This document shows, piece after piece, positions 9,820 to 21,421 of a stretch of 64,000 bases of DNA (position 1 is the first letter of the stretch; each line of letters begins with the position of its first letter). The stretch spans positions 5,875 to 69,874 of the forward strand of contig METB01000001.1 in assembly GCA_001771185.1 (NCBI GenBank), written 5' to 3'. The notes below the pieces were generated by a model that made no database searches, was not told the origin of the DNA, and saw only the letters and a list, made by a program, of their open reading frames with translations. This stretch comes from a candidate division Kazan bacterium RIFCSPHIGHO2_01_FULL_44_14. Lineage in GTDB: Bacteria > Patescibacteriota > Kazan-3B-28. The position numbers and the translations under genes are program-made.

Positions 9820-10182
9820 GTGAGCACCTTGAAGGTAATATCTGCGGTCAGGAATTGTTTGCACTACTTGAACAATGGGGGCAAGAACGGGACGGTTTAT
9901 ATGCCAGTTGAGTTGCCTGACGGCAATCGGTTAGAAATGTGGGCCACATTTCAACATCATTCTAAATCCCACCAATCCCATCGGTTGATGGTGGTGAGGG
10001 GCGTGGATTTGAATTATGTTACAGATCGTCTCTTGCCGTTGATTCGCACTAATGGGCGTGATGTTCGAGTGGTTGAGGGTTGGGATCGATCCAGATTACT
10101 ATTTGAATTTGGGTTCAACTTTGATTTACTCGGACCCAATCAGCCCCTGGCTGATCCAACCTGCGTTCTAGTCCTTCAGTAA
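9820..10182 (+). CDS. Hypothetical protein
   Basis: SD-like GGTGAGG before the start; terminator at 10181-10214. Confidence 0.55.
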   Translation: MSTLKVISAVRNCLHYLNNGGKNGTVYMPVELPDGNRLEMWATFQHHSKSHQSHRLMVVRGVDLNYVTDRLLPLIRTNGRDVRVVEGWDRSRLLFEFGFNFDLLGPNQPLADPTCVLVLQ

Positions 10183-10309
10183 GCCGTCCTGCTACACAGC
10201 AGAACGGCTTTTTTATGTCCAAAAGGGTTGTCAGGCCACCAAGAGATGTGATATATAAGGGTTGTTGTTGGTTGTCCGCCCAATCGGCAATAGTTTGAAC
10301 CTTTAGGAG

Positions 10310-10543
10310 ATGCTAATGTCAGCTAAACATTCAGTTCCGAGGACGCTACCACCGGGGCATTCGATCAAGAAAGCGCAGGACAAGCTCCAGGAGTATGAGA
10401 AGCAAGCTCGGAATCAGGATGACCACCCCGTTCAGGTACCACTGTCCGTGGTACTGTTTGCGGCACCTGGTGTAGATCCAAATGAGATTATCGCAGACAT
10501 GGACAACTGTGTTCTTGTCGATGACACTCAAGGGTATGGGTAA
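10310..10543 (+). CDS. Small hypothetical protein
   Basis: AGGAG before the start; terminator gggcccc-tgcg-ggggccc-T run at about 10601-10623. Confidence 0.55.
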   Translation: MLMSAKHSVPRTLPPGHSIKKAQDKLQEYEKQARNQDDHPVQVPLSVVLFAAPGVDPNEIIADMDNCVLVDDTQGYG

Positions 10544-10707
10544 ACCGTAATTCGGTTCTCGTCAGGTTTATTTAGTGGTTGTTTCGTTCTTGTTCGTTTT
10601 GGGCCCCTGCGGGGGCCCTTTTTCTTTATCCCATTTCTCTGTTCCCACCGCTTGAAAAATAGGGTTTTTTCGGCTATATTTTACCTATAGAAAGGAGATT
10701 GGATTGG

Positions 10708-11703
10708 ATGGAAATTGAGGAAGAAATTACGCCCGAGGAGGTCGCAGAAATAAACCAGGAGGCAACGGAAATGAAAAAACCTAGACGGCCACGGAGTACT
10801 GGTCTGATTTTGACTATCTTTGCTTCGATTATTGTGATTTTGATTGGCGGATTGGCTTCGTATTACTATTACACTTTCCAACGCCAGGGAGTAGCCAGTG
10901 AACAGGAACTGCGCGACATTTGGGACGAAACGGTACTGGCAACCGTTCAATTAACCAACAAATTTAAAACTATCGACCAATTTGAAAAACTGGATGTTAG
11001 CGGAAGTGGCTCGTTTAAAGAGGCCTTAACCGACGCGAATCGGACAGTTAGGGACGGGATGTTTTCGTTGAGAAATCAAACTGGTCTAGCAGTCGGTGCT
11101 AGTACTTTTGCTAGTAAATTAAACGCGTTTTTGGATGATTACAGCAGTATGTTGGCGGAAATGAAGCGAATCGTGGATCGACGAGCTGAAATTGATAACA
11201 TTACCGCGTTGGATCAGTTGCTGGTGTATCAGGATGCGATGGAGAAATCGTATGATGATTTGCTACTGACTAGCCGGGGCTTTATTCAGGCCAACTTATC
11301 GCGGGACATTTTTGATATGCCGGACAAGCTAGTGGATTTGTTAAAGCAACAATTAGATACTCAAGGAACTCAAGATGACCAGGAAAAGGCGGCCAAGCAG
11401 GCAGCTGAAGCGATAGTAACCCAATTCGCCCAGGCCTGGCAAGACCGTAATGCTAGTGCAATGACAGCGGCGCTAACGACTGGGGCGAAGCGAGAGTTTA
11501 ACCAGGCGGTATTGGAGGACTCATCGGATATTGTTAGTTTTCGGATTATTAGCACAACTTTAACCGATCAGACCAAGGCCAATATTACTGGCCAATTAGC
11601 CAAGAAAACCCCAGATGGAGTGACCAAGACGGAGGATTGGCAATTTGTGGTATTGAAAGGAATCGGAGATACTTGGCTGATTGATAGTTGGCAGGCAAAA
11701 TAG
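10708..11703 (+). CDS. Membrane-anchored surface protein (helical region plus NTF2-like C-terminus)
   Basis: Single TM near the N-terminus; C-terminal VTQFAQAWQD..WLIDSW pattern; SD AAGGAG. Confidence 0.7.
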   Translation: MEIEEEITPEEVAEINQEATEMKKPRRPRSTGLILTIFASIIVILIGGLASYYYYTFQRQGVASEQELRDIWDETVLATVQLTNKFKTIDQFEKLDVSGSGSFKEALTDANRTVRDGMFSLRNQTGLAVGASTFASKLNAFLDDYSSMLAEMKRIVDRRAEIDNITALDQLLVYQDAMEKSYDDLLLTSRGFIQANLSRDIFDMPDKLVDLLKQQLDTQGTQDDQEKAAKQAAEAIVTQFAQAWQDRNASAMTAALTTGAKREFNQAVLEDSSDIVSFRIISTTLTDQTKANITGQLAKKTPDGVTKTEDWQFVVLKGIGDTWLIDSWQAK

Positions 11704-11957
11704 TAGAGTAGTTAAGACGCCGGACGGGCTAAGCCAGGCGCTCGAATGTAATTGGCTGACCTTAAGTTTGTAGGTAGATGGCCCAGTAGAAGAAATTTCA
11801 TTGTGCTTTGCACTGATATCCTCCGGATATATGAACTTTTCTCTACCGGGTGACCCCGTAGAGAAATTTAGAATGCCGGCGAGTATTCTCTGCGGAAACC
11901 AGTTATTATAATTTCGTGTCGCCGGTATAATGCATATTTTCTAAATTCTTCTACGGG

Positions 11958-14774
11958 GTGGACGATAATAATCTCGGACAAATAGAATTGCGCGGGCTAG
12001 AGACGGAAATGCAGCAGTCGTATTTAAGTTACGCCATGAGCGTAATTGTGGCTCGGGCATTGCCGGATGTGCGTGATGGATTGAAACCGGTGCATCGGCG
12101 GATTTTGTATGCCATGAGTCGGGAAGGGTTAAGGCATACTGCCAAATATTCCAAATCCGCTGGGGTGGTTGGAGAAATGCTGAAAAAGTATCACCCACAT
12201 GGCGATATGGCGGTTTATGATGCGATGGTGCGGTTGGCCCAGCCCTGGAATATGCGGTATATGTTGGTAGATGGTCAGGGAAACTTTGGCTCAATTGATG
12301 GCGACTCGGCGGCCGCTTATCGGTATACCGAGGCCAGGTTGGCCGCAATTGCTGATGAAGTATTGGCCGATTTAGACAAGGAAACGGTTGAATTCATTCC
12401 CAACTTCGATGACACTACCAAGGAACCGACTGTATTGCCGACCAAGGTGCCTCAACTTTTAATGAACGGAACAGTTGGTATCGCCGTGGGTATGGCGACC
12501 AGTATCCCGCCACATAATTTGAGCGAGTTAATGGATGCAATTGCTCATCTGATTGTTAATCCCGAATCGGAAGTGGACGATTTAATGAAATATATTAAAG
12601 GTCCTGATTTTCCGACTGGTGGAATTATTTTTAATCCGAAAGATATCAAAGAGGCCTACGCGACTGGTCATGGCAAGATTGTGATGCGAGCGGTGGCCGA
12701 GATTGTCGAAGGCAAAAATGGTCATCAGATTATTGTCAGTGAGTTGCCTTATCAGGTGAATAAATCCAATCTAGTGGAGTCGATTGCTGATCTAGTTAAG
12801 AATAAGAAACTAGTTGGGATTGCTGATTTGCGTGACGAATCGGATCGCCGGGGAATTCGAATCGCGGTGGACTTAAAGCGCGACGCTTATCCGCGCAAAA
12901 TTTTGAATCAGTTGTTCAAGATGACACAGATGCAGTCGAGTTTCCATGTGAACTTGCTGGCGTTGGTGGACGGTATTCAGCCCCGGGTGTTAGACCTGCG
13001 GGCGACTTTGCAATATTTCATCGACCATCGGCGGATTGTCGTGACTCGGCGAACCCAGTTTGAATTAAAGAAGGCCGAAGAGCGAGCGCATATTTTGGAA
13101 GGGTTCATGATTGCTTTAAAAAATATTGATGAGGTGATTAAGACCATCAAGCAGTCAGCCACCAAAGAAGAGGCCCATGTCAATTTAAAAAAGAAGTTTA
13201 AGTTATCCGATTTACAGGCCTCGGCCATTTTGGAAATGCGATTGTCGGCCCTAGCTGGGTTAGAACGGAAAAAAGTCGAAGACGAGTATAAAGAAAAGCA
13301 ACAACTCATCAAGGATTTAAGGGCGTTGTTGGCTGACAAAAATAAGATTGATGAAGTAATTAAAGCGGAATGTTTGGAGATTAAGACCAAATATGGCGAT
13401 AAGCGTCGGACCCAAATTAGTGGGACAACGGTTGGCGATTTTACTGACATGGATTTGATTCCCAACGAAGAGGTGGTAGTAACAATGAGCATTGGCGGAT
13501 ATATTAAGCGTCAACAGATTGGCGAATTCCGAACTCAACGCCGAGGCGGTAAGGGAGTGATTGGAATGACTACCAAAGAAGAGGACCAAATTAGCAGTAT
13601 CCAAGTAGCTAAAAACCACGATGATATTCTATTCTTCACCAACCGCGGACGGGTGTTTAAACAGAAAGTATTTGAAGTGCCAAAGGCATCGCGGATTGCT
13701 CGGGGAGCAGCGGTGGTAAATATTATTCAGATTGCACCTGATGAATTAGTCACTTCAGTGATGACGCTATCTGATTTTGATGACAAAGATGACTTGGTGA
13801 TGTTTACCAAGCAGGGAGTAATTAAAAAGACCTCACTGGTGGCCTACGCCAATATTCGGAGTAACGGTTTGATTGCGATTAAGTTAGACGAAGGTGACGA
13901 ACTGACTTGGGTTAGGCGGTCTCGTCCTGGTGATGAAGTGATTATCGCGACGCGTTTAGGCCAGTCGATTCGGTTTAAAGAGACCGATGCCAGGTCGCTT
14001 GGACGATCGACTCGGGGAGTGCGGGCAATTAAATTGCGACCAAAAGACGAAGTGATTGGAGCGGATATTGCCAAACAGGGAGAGGTGATGGCTTTGCTGG
14101 TAATTTCCGAAAAAGGTTCTGGCAAACGGACATTGGTCTCACAGTACACTTTGCAACATCGTGGTGGGATTGGGATTAAGACCATGAATATTACTGACAA
14201 GACCGGTAAATTAATCGGAGCCAAATTGGTGGATAAAGGTCTTAAGAGTGACATGATTGTTACTTCGACTGAAGGCCAAATTATTCGAATGCCACTAAAG
14301 GGGGTGCCGACGCTTGGTCGAGCGACTCAAGGCGTCCGGTTGATGCGACTGAAGGGGAATGACAAGGTGGCTTCTTTCACGGTCTTAATTATGGAAGAAG
14401 CCGATGGTTCGTTGAGTAACCCGAATGAGGAATTAACCGAAAGTGAGCTGGCTAAATTGCCGGTGGTGGAAGTGATGGCGGAAGAAGAAAAACCAACCCC
14501 AGTAAAAGTGGCCAAGCCGGTTTCAGCGAAAATAACTAAACCATCCGCGTTGGTATCTAAATCTAAACCATCATTTGCCAAGCGAACATTAGCCAAGCCG
14601 GTTACTGCCAAGTCAGTTAGTCGAATGAAGGCCAAAGCAACTAAACCAGTAGCCAAGAAATCATTTACCGTGCGTAAATTGGCTAAACCGACCAAAATTA
14701 AATCATCTAGCCGAATCAAACATAAGACAGTTAAACAACCCGTTAAAAGTTTTACCCGCAGGAAACTGCGTTAG
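11958..14774 (+). CDS. gyrA: DNA gyrase subunit A with a Lys-rich tail
   Basis: [30 protein letters not shown], GyrA-box QRRGGKG, beta-pinwheel repeats. Confidence 0.98.
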   Translation: MDDNNLGQIELRGLETEMQQSYLSYAMSVIVARALPDVRDGLKPVHRRILYAMSREGLRHTAKYSKSAGVVGEMLKKYHPHGDMAVYDAMVRLAQPWNMRYMLVDGQGNFGSIDGDSAAAYRYTEARLAAIADEVLADLDKETVEFIPNFDDTTKEPTVLPTKVPQLLMNGTVGIAVGMATSIPPHNLSELMDAIAHLIVNPESEVDDLMKYIKGPDFPTGGIIFNPKDIKEAYATGHGKIVMRAVAEIVEGKNGHQIIVSELPYQVNKSNLVESIADLVKNKKLVGIADLRDESDRRGIRIAVDLKRDAYPRKILNQLFKMTQMQSSFHVNLLALVDGIQPRVLDLRATLQYFIDHRRIVVTRRTQFELKKAEERAHILEGFMIALKNIDEVIKTIKQSATKEEAHVNLKKKFKLSDLQASAILEMRLSALAGLERKKVEDEYKEKQQLIKDLRALLADKNKIDEVIKAECLEIKTKYGDKRRTQISGTTVGDFTDMDLIPNEEVVVTMSIGGYIKRQQIGEFRTQRRGGKGVIGMTTKEEDQISSIQVAKNHDDILFFTNRGRVFKQKVFEVPKASRIARGAAVVNIIQIAPDELVTSVMTLSDFDDKDDLVMFTKQGVIKKTSLVAYANIRSNGLIAIKLDEGDELTWVRRSRPGDEVIIATRLGQSIRFKETDARSLGRSTRGVRAIKLRPKDEVIGADIAKQGEVMALLVISEKGSGKRTLVSQYTLQHRGGIGIKTMNITDKTGKLIGAKLVDKGLKSDMIVTSTEGQIIRMPLKGVPTLGRATQGVRLMRLKGNDKVASFTVLIMEEADGSLSNPNEELTESELAKLPVVEVMAEEEKPTPVKVAKPVSAKITKPSALVSKSKPSFAKRTLAKPVTAKSVSRMKAKATKPVAKKSFTVRKLAKPTKIKSSSRIKHKTVKQPVKSFTRRKLR

Positions 14775-14858
14775 CGTACTCTGTCATCCTGAACTTGTTT
14801 CAGGATCTGTTCTCTCGAGATTCCAAATTCCAACTTCTAAATTTTTATCTCTTCAAAC

Positions 14859-15266
14859 ATGACAATCTTAAACTTATTTAGACCGGATTATTACTTCGAC
14901 AATAACTTGGACTCAATCTTCTTTGGATTTTGGGTTTGGTTGGGTTTAGCGATTCTATTGATTTTGACCAGTGCGATTATGAATCTGAAATCGCGGCAAT
15001 GGAGTTATTTTTATAAACAAATCGTAGCGCGGAGTACTCAAATCGGGACCATTGTCGGATGGATTGGTTTGCTGTGGCTATTTTTCCGTTACGAAGGGAT
15101 TCCGTATTTTACTTGGCGGATTTGGCCTGCCTTATTGTTTGTTTATGTAATCGTTGCGGTTTGGTATCTGGTCAGATTTATTCGGGTAGATTATCCGGCT
15201 CGGCAGGCCAAACGAGGAAGTCGAGCGGATAAGGATGTGTATTTGAAGAGGGTGTTTAGGAAGTAG
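14859..15266 (+). CDS. Hypothetical membrane protein
   Basis: 3 TM helices; LFFRYEGIPYFTWRIW. Confidence 0.7.
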   Translation: MTILNLFRPDYYFDNNLDSIFFGFWVWLGLAILLILTSAIMNLKSRQWSYFYKQIVARSTQIGTIVGWIGLLWLFFRYEGIPYFTWRIWPALLFVYVIVAVWYLVRFIRVDYPARQAKRGSRADKDVYLKRVFRK

Positions 15267-15757
15267 TTTTTGTTTTCTTTTTCAAGCGTTCTCACCGCGC
15301 TTGACCCGTTAGTATTTCTTCTCGTCATTGCGAGCTGTAGGCGTGGCAATCTAATCCTCCCCTTAAGATAAGGGGAGGATTAGGAAGGGTTATTGACTGA
15401 TTATATTCTTAACTCCCCCTTACTCCTCTTACCTTAAGAGGGGTGACCACAACTATTCATCACAAATCCTTCCGTGGTTCTACTATCTAGTAGAACAAAG
15501 GAGGACCTTTAACTGATTAATAGACAAGTCCTCATCCTAGGGCCAAAAAAAGAAGCAGGAAGCCAACTTGGTTGTTAAATTCTATGTGTAGTGGAAGGAA
15601 ACGGCCGTCTATTTATACAACACGGGGGAAGAAGTGGAATAGATTGATGAATCTGGCGTCTAAATTCGAGATTCTAAATCCCATATTCTAGATTTTACTT
15701 GACTGGGAGCAGGTTTCCTATATACTGGAGTTAGCTCATTAGGAGGTGTATATTGAA

Positions 15758-16381
15758 ATGTCGAAAACGGACCAGCTTGATGATGTCCAAAGAAAGTTGC
15801 AGGATGCTTTAGATAAACTGCATCATTGTCAGGTTGATTTGTATTTTTCAAGAGATCGGATATTCCAAGTTTTAAGGGGTTACGAGACAAAACATTTAAT
15901 GGGTGTAATTGCTCTCGATGCAACGAATCGGTGTCAGCATGAGCAGGATGAAGCCCATATTCAGGAGGTAGAGGACCTAATTGTCTCGTTAAGAGAAGGA
16001 CGACTTGGTCGTCCTCTGGTAAAGGGAGCTTGTATGGATGTAAGGTATCTTTTACCAGAAAAGTATCCCAACTTGGATCGGCTTGTCTGGGAAGATGACT
16101 GGGAAAAGGTTTCTCGCTGTGTGTCAGACGTTGGCGAGAATGTGAGATGGATTCTGGCCATCCAATGGGAGAACGAGAAGGGAAAGAAGGGGCGGGTATC
16201 TACTAGGCGGTCGGTTAAGATAATCACGCCCAAAGGATTCAGCCCGTTTCATACCTCGTACTCGGAGGAAATATTAGTAGACGCTGGTCGTTTTACCCGT
16301 ACTCTACAAGACCAGGTGCTAGAGATTCTATTGGATGCCATGATGAGGATAGTTGACTCAGACGAGGAGTGGTTTCGCTGA
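15758..16381 (+). CDS. Hypothetical protein (ORFan cassette)
   Basis: TTGACT-16-TATACT (15699-15726), AGGAGG SD, terminator at 16402-16422; start could be the GTG at 15746. Confidence 0.65.
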   Translation: MSKTDQLDDVQRKLQDALDKLHHCQVDLYFSRDRIFQVLRGYETKHLMGVIALDATNRCQHEQDEAHIQEVEDLIVSLREGRLGRPLVKGACMDVRYLLPEKYPNLDRLVWEDDWEKVSRCVSDVGENVRWILAIQWENEKGKKGRVSTRRSVKIITPKGFSPFHTSYSEEILVDAGRFTRTLQDQVLEILLDAMMRIVDSDEEWFR

Positions 16382-16508
16382 TTTCGGTCAGTTTCATTTG
16401 TGCCCCCGCAAGGGGGCTTTTTCTTGCTCTGATAGTGGTTTTAATGCTATCTTAGAGCTGACTTGTATTGTCGGGGTTACCCCGAAATTTGAAATTTAGG
16501 AGCAAATC

Positions 16509-17423
16509 ATGAGTCAGAACCCTCTAACCCAGGGCGTATGTAGCGGCAGCGCGCCACTTTACTACATTCTCGAGGTGAGCAAGCTGTATTGTCGGGTCTA
16601 CTCGGCCATTAGTGTAACGATGACCCGTTCTCTATGGCAGATTATCCAGCCGTACCTTGAATCTCCCGCTTCGCTCTTGAGGGGCTGGGAGCGGAACGGC
16701 CTGCCACCTGATGAGTGGGTGGGGCCTAACCTAGCTCCACATGCGAGATGGGGGATGGGCGGAGCCATTGTGAGTATGAGACAGCGCGATCCCAAGAGGA
16801 TGATCGAATTCAGGATCGCTTTGCCTGCCAACGCGGTCGGATGTAGGGATTTGATAGAGACATATGCCAGCTTAGATGTGCTGTTGCGGTGTATGCACCG
16901 CGCGGCTTGTCAGGCGGAATCAATTAATCTGTCTTACAGCCAAAACAATACTCAACTGATCGCGGTTGAGTCGTTGGTGAACGGGGCTAAGCTAGCGGTC
17001 TCCCCTAAATTGATCGACTGGATGACGAAGTCGAGTTTATATTATTGGGGCAGTGCGCTCGAGCATGCCTGCCAGACAATGGCAGAGGTCAGCGATCACT
17101 TAGGGCTGACGGGCTCTTTCTATAAGTACCCGTCGTTGGTTGGCCGGTTGGAGGAGCCACCAAAGGTATCTTTGGAAGGTGAGAATGGGCGTCAACTGCA
17201 CTTTACGATGGGACAGCTTCACCTCTTTCCCCGTAAGGCGCCTACCCAGCGCGACTGCGGATATAAATTGGTTCAAGGTATAGGCAGCGATTCCCTGATT
17301 CCATATCCCCATCGCGTATCGACTGGCTACGATACTCCCGAGATGATAATGGCGACCAATCTCGTCTTTCTCTGCGGGCTAATCCAGATGGCGCATTCCG
17401 CTCTGCACGAGATGTTGCCCTAA
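16509..17423 (+). CDS. Hypothetical protein (ORFan)
   Basis: 304-aa ORF, AGGAG SD, terminator at 17474-17506. Confidence 0.65.
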   Translation: MSQNPLTQGVCSGSAPLYYILEVSKLYCRVYSAISVTMTRSLWQIIQPYLESPASLLRGWERNGLPPDEWVGPNLAPHARWGMGGAIVSMRQRDPKRMIEFRIALPANAVGCRDLIETYASLDVLLRCMHRAACQAESINLSYSQNNTQLIAVESLVNGAKLAVSPKLIDWMTKSSLYYWGSALEHACQTMAEVSDHLGLTGSFYKYPSLVGRLEEPPKVSLEGENGRQLHFTMGQLHLFPRKAPTQRDCGYKLVQGIGSDSLIPYPHRVSTGYDTPEMIMATNLVFLCGLIQMAHSALHEMLP

Positions 17424-17617
17424 ACGACATTGATAGTGCGATGGCCATCCACAAACAACCCAGCATTTAATTTGCCCTCTTGGTCGATCAACCAAGAGGG
17501 CTTTTTCTTGACTTGAGGGTAGTTCATGGGTTATACTCCCCCATATAGCACTATTTGATAAGGTCATACTCTTAAACCGTTGCCTGAAGCATGAAAGTGC
17601 TGTCCAGGTGAGTTTTT

Positions 17618-18937
17618 ATGGCTCCTAAAGGAAAAACAACCAATCCGTTTGCTCAATTGCTCGATGCTGCCGAGAGTAGTTTGCGAATCTATAAAGCCAG
17701 TGATTTAGTGGTGGGCGAAGTGACAGCGGTTACGAAAAATCGGATTTGGATAGAAATCGACGGCGGTCGGTTTATTGGGATGATTAGTAATCGAGAGTTG
17801 ATGGAGGAAGGGATTGCTGCTCCTGACTATCAACCAGGCGACCGAGTAACCGCTTCGGTAATTTTGCCGGAAAATGATGATGGTTTTATGGTCTTGAGTT
17901 TGCGGGATGCGCTTGAGAATAAGGGCTGGGAGGCCTTGGAAGTTCGGCTTTCGGCCGATGAGGTTTTTGATGTTAAAGTTATCGAGGCCAACCGGGGAGG
18001 ATTAATTGTTGAAGCCGATGGTTTACGCGGTTTCTTGCCGGTCAGCCAATTGGCCCCAGAACACTATCCGAGAGTTGGGACTGATAAAGATGAAATTTTG
18101 ACCCGCTTGGCCAAGTTTGAAAATCAAATTTTACAAGTGAAGGTTTTGGATTTAGACAAAAGTGTTAATAAGCTGATTTTTTCAGAGCGGGTGGCTCGCA
18201 AAGGGGAATTTGATGAGTTGGTGTCTGGGATTAAAGTTGGTGATGTATTGGATGGTAAAGTCAGCGGAGTGGTTGACTTTGGTCTGTTTGTCAATCTTGG
18301 TCAGCTTGAGGGACTGGTGCATATTTCGGAAATCAGTTGGGGTAAAGTTGACCATCCGAGTAATTTTGCCAAAGTGGGTGACACAGTCAAGGTTCAAGTG
18401 ATTGGAATTGAAGATGACAAAATTTCTTTGTCAATCAAACGGTTGCAAACCGATCCGTGGCTGTCGATAATCTCTCAATTTGCAATTGGTCAAGAAGTGG
18501 AAGCCAAAGTCACGCAGATTATGCCATTTGGCGTATTTGTAAAGGTGGGAGTCGAAGAAACAGATGGCTTGATTCATATTTCAGAATTAGCTCACGAGCA
18601 TGTGACTGATCCAGCCACAGTAGTAGCGGTGGGTGATAAATTGAAAGTTAAAGTAATTGATTTGGGACCCGACAGTCATCGGTTAGGTTTGAGCTTGAAA
18701 GCCATGCAGTCACCAAAGGTGGCGGAAGTGGTGTCGGCCGATAAAGATTCAGCCGAAAGTGCGCCGACCGGTGATTTGACAGGACTAGAGTTGTCGGCAA
18801 CATTGATCAAAAAGTTACAGACGGCAGGGATTATCTCGTTGAGTGATCTGCAGGACAAAACCCCAGCCGAGTTAGAGGCCTTACCGGGTATTGGTAAAGC
18901 GACGGCAGCCAAAATCGTTGCGGCTATGAAACGTTAA
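17618..18937 (+). CDS. rpsA: 30S ribosomal protein S1 (about 4 S1 domains plus C-terminal HhH)
   Basis: NRGGL, DFGLFV..EGLVHISEIS, PFGVFV..GLIHISELA; C-terminal LPGIGKATA. Confidence 0.92.
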   Translation: MAPKGKTTNPFAQLLDAAESSLRIYKASDLVVGEVTAVTKNRIWIEIDGGRFIGMISNRELMEEGIAAPDYQPGDRVTASVILPENDDGFMVLSLRDALENKGWEALEVRLSADEVFDVKVIEANRGGLIVEADGLRGFLPVSQLAPEHYPRVGTDKDEILTRLAKFENQILQVKVLDLDKSVNKLIFSERVARKGEFDELVSGIKVGDVLDGKVSGVVDFGLFVNLGQLEGLVHISEISWGKVDHPSNFAKVGDTVKVQVIGIEDDKISLSIKRLQTDPWLSIISQFAIGQEVEAKVTQIMPFGVFVKVGVEETDGLIHISELAHEHVTDPATVVAVGDKLKVKVIDLGPDSHRLGLSLKAMQSPKVAEVVSADKDSAESAPTGDLTGLELSATLIKKLQTAGIISLSDLQDKTPAELEALPGIGKATAAKIVAAMKR

Positions 18938-19244
18938 TTGTTTTTAATTCGTAACGGGGGTTGGACTGCCAATGGCTAATATTTTTTAAGTCAAAGCAGT
19001 CCTTTTAATAGCCCTCGGAGGGAGACAACCAAAAAGGGTTTTCCCCCTTCCGACGACCGTCATCCGCCAACTGGCGGAGACGGATTGAATCAATATCTTA
19101 ATTTTGAAACATTCAGTCATTCGGATTTGATTCGAAGTTAGTCCGCCAGCTGGCGAATTGGAAATTAAATCTTCAAAAGCGTCAAAATGACGCCACCATA
19201 ACTTTTCACTATTCACTTTTAACTTTTAACTGACTTCTAACGGA

Positions 19245-21011
19245 ATGACAGACGAGAAAAAACAATTAGTTCTACCTGGTGTATTAACGGTCAAGGAATT
19301 GGCTGGATTGATGGATATACCAGTGACAACCGTCATTCGTCAGTTATTGGGTAGCGGAGTGTTGGCGACTATTAATGATAATTTAGATTTCGAAACCGCT
19401 GCGGTAGTAGCCGACGATTTGGGTTTCACTGCTACTTTGGAGCAATCGGAAAGTGAATTATCAGCCGATACCAATCAATACATAAGTGACGCCGAAGGTG
19501 AGCCGCGAGCGCCGATTGTGACTGTGATGGGGCATGTTGATCACGGCAAAACCTCACTGCTGGATTACATCAGGAAAACCAAAGTGGTGGAAGGGGAGTC
19601 GGGCGGAATTACTCAACATATGGGAGCGTATCAAGTTGACTATAAAGGTCGTCGGATTACTTTTTTGGATACTCCCGGGCATGAGGCCTTTTCAACCATT
19701 CGGGCTCAAGGGGCGAAAGTGACGGATGTGGCGATTTTGGTAGTGGCGGCTGATGACGGGATTAAACCCCAGACGATCGAGGCAATTGAATTGGCCCGAG
19801 CCGCCGGGGTACCGTTGGTGGTGGCAATTACCAAAATTGATAAACCCGAAGCCAATGTGATGCGAGTGGAGCAGGAATTAGCAGCCCACAATATCGTGAC
19901 GGAGAAGTGGGGCGGTAAAGATGTGGTAATTGGTGTCTCTGGTAAAACCGGTCAGGGAGTAGATGAATTGTTGGAGTTAGTTTTACTCACGGCTGACTTG
20001 CAAGAACTTAAAGCGCCAGTTGAAGGACCGGGCGAAGGAGTAATCATTGAATCGAAACATGATCCCAAAGTGGGAGCATTGGCGACTTTACTGGTGCAGC
20101 GCGGAACTTTGCGGGTAGGCGATTCGTTTGTGGCGGGAAATCATTTTGGCAAAATCAAAGCGATGGAGGATTTTACGGGTAAACGGATTAAACAGGCCGG
20201 TCCATCCCAACCAGTCCGGGTGACCGGGTTTACGGCTGCACCGAGTGCTGGTGAACGATTGATGACGGTGGCGAGTGATAAAGTAGCCCATGAAATTATT
20301 GCTAAATTAAATAAGCGGGCAACTACTCGTCAATTTTCAGCTCGAACTTCAGATTTAACTCGATTGACCTCGCAAATTCGGTTGGCTCGGTTGCATCACA
20401 TCAATATTGTGTTAAAAGCCGATGTCCAGGGCTCACTGGAGGCGATTAAGCAACAACTCGACAAGATTAAAACCGACAAGGGCCAAATCCGAATTGTGGC
20501 CGAAGGGCTAGGTAATATTACTGAATCAGATGTAATGTCAGCCGCCGGGGAAAATGGGTTTGTGGTTGGGTTCAAAGTGGCAGTCACGCCATCGGCTCGT
20601 CGAACTGCCAAGAAAGATGACATTAAAATCCTGACTTACGATATTATTTATGAATTGACGGACGATTTGACTAGGATTTTGTTGGATTCAATCGGGCCGG
20701 AGAAAATTGAGACCACGGTTGGCCGGGCGACCGTGTTGAAGATTTTTCGAGACGCCAGAAGCGAAAAGATTGTTGGGATGAAAGTTATTTCCGGCAAAGT
20801 TCAACGTGGCAATATTGTTAGATTCTTTGATGAAAACAAAGAACTGGTAGGGGAGGGGGAAGTTAAATTAATCAAGCGAGTAGCCGAAGAAGTGACAGAA
20901 GCCAACGCTGGTGATGATTTTGGTTTCCAAATTACGACTCATGCTAAAATTACCGAAGGAAACGTAGCCGAGTTTATTCGAGTCGATTACAAAAAAGCGG
21001 GTTTGAAGTGA
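19245..21011 (+). CDS. infB: Translation initiation factor IF-2
   Basis: GHVDHGKT, GGITQH, DTPGHEAF, KADVQGSLEA. Confidence 0.98.
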   Translation: MTDEKKQLVLPGVLTVKELAGLMDIPVTTVIRQLLGSGVLATINDNLDFETAAVVADDLGFTATLEQSESELSADTNQYISDAEGEPRAPIVTVMGHVDHGKTSLLDYIRKTKVVEGESGGITQHMGAYQVDYKGRRITFLDTPGHEAFSTIRAQGAKVTDVAILVVAADDGIKPQTIEAIELARAAGVPLVVAITKIDKPEANVMRVEQELAAHNIVTEKWGGKDVVIGVSGKTGQGVDELLELVLLTADLQELKAPVEGPGEGVIIESKHDPKVGALATLLVQRGTLRVGDSFVAGNHFGKIKAMEDFTGKRIKQAGPSQPVRVTGFTAAPSAGERLMTVASDKVAHEIIAKLNKRATTRQFSARTSDLTRLTSQIRLARLHHINIVLKADVQGSLEAIKQQLDKIKTDKGQIRIVAEGLGNITESDVMSAAGENGFVVGFKVAVTPSARRTAKKDDIKILTYDIIYELTDDLTRILLDSIGPEKIETTVGRATVLKIFRDARSEKIVGMKVISGKVQRGNIVRFFDENKELVGEGEVKLIKRVAEEVTEANAGDDFGFQITTHAKITEGNVAEFIRVDYKKAGLK

Positions 21012-21421
21012 GTAATCTGCGCAAATCCAAATTAGAGGCCTTGCTCCAGAGCATGATTGCTAAATTTTTTGGTGAACAAAGGGAGGACTGGGGAATTCAT
21101 GAATTAATTACGGTGGATCAAGTATTTTTAGCCCCGGATTTAAAGACGGCTCAAGTTTGGGTTAGTTTTATTCCGCATACGGACAAGACGGCGGAGCGGG
21201 ATTTCACTCGATTAATTAAAAAACTGCCAGAACTTCAGCGGTATGTTTTTTGCGAATTGAGCATGAAGCGGGTACCAAAATTAACCTTGAGGTTAGCCGA
21301 CCCGGAGAAATCTTTTCGGTTGGACCAGATTTTTGATACTCTAGAGAGTCATGGAACAACTGGCCAATCAGATTCTGAAGACGCTTCAGGGAGCGAAGCG
21401 GATACTTCTAGTCAGCCATAA
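21008..21421 (+). CDS. rbfA: Ribosome-binding factor A
   Basis: Follows infB; ITV..V.LAPDLKTA.VWVS..KRVPKL. Confidence 0.8.
   Translation: MSNLRKSKLEALLQSMIAKFFGEQREDWGIHELITVDQVFLAPDLKTAQVWVSFIPHTDKTAERDFTRLIKKLPELQRYVFCELSMKRVPKLTLRLADPEKSFRLDQIFDTLESHGTTGQSDSEDASGSEADTSSQP

Noticed and set aside
11941-14719. Antisense ORFs within gyrA (and similarly within uvrA, uvrB and topA)
   Set aside because: Shadow frames of well-supported genes, with no motifs or expression signals
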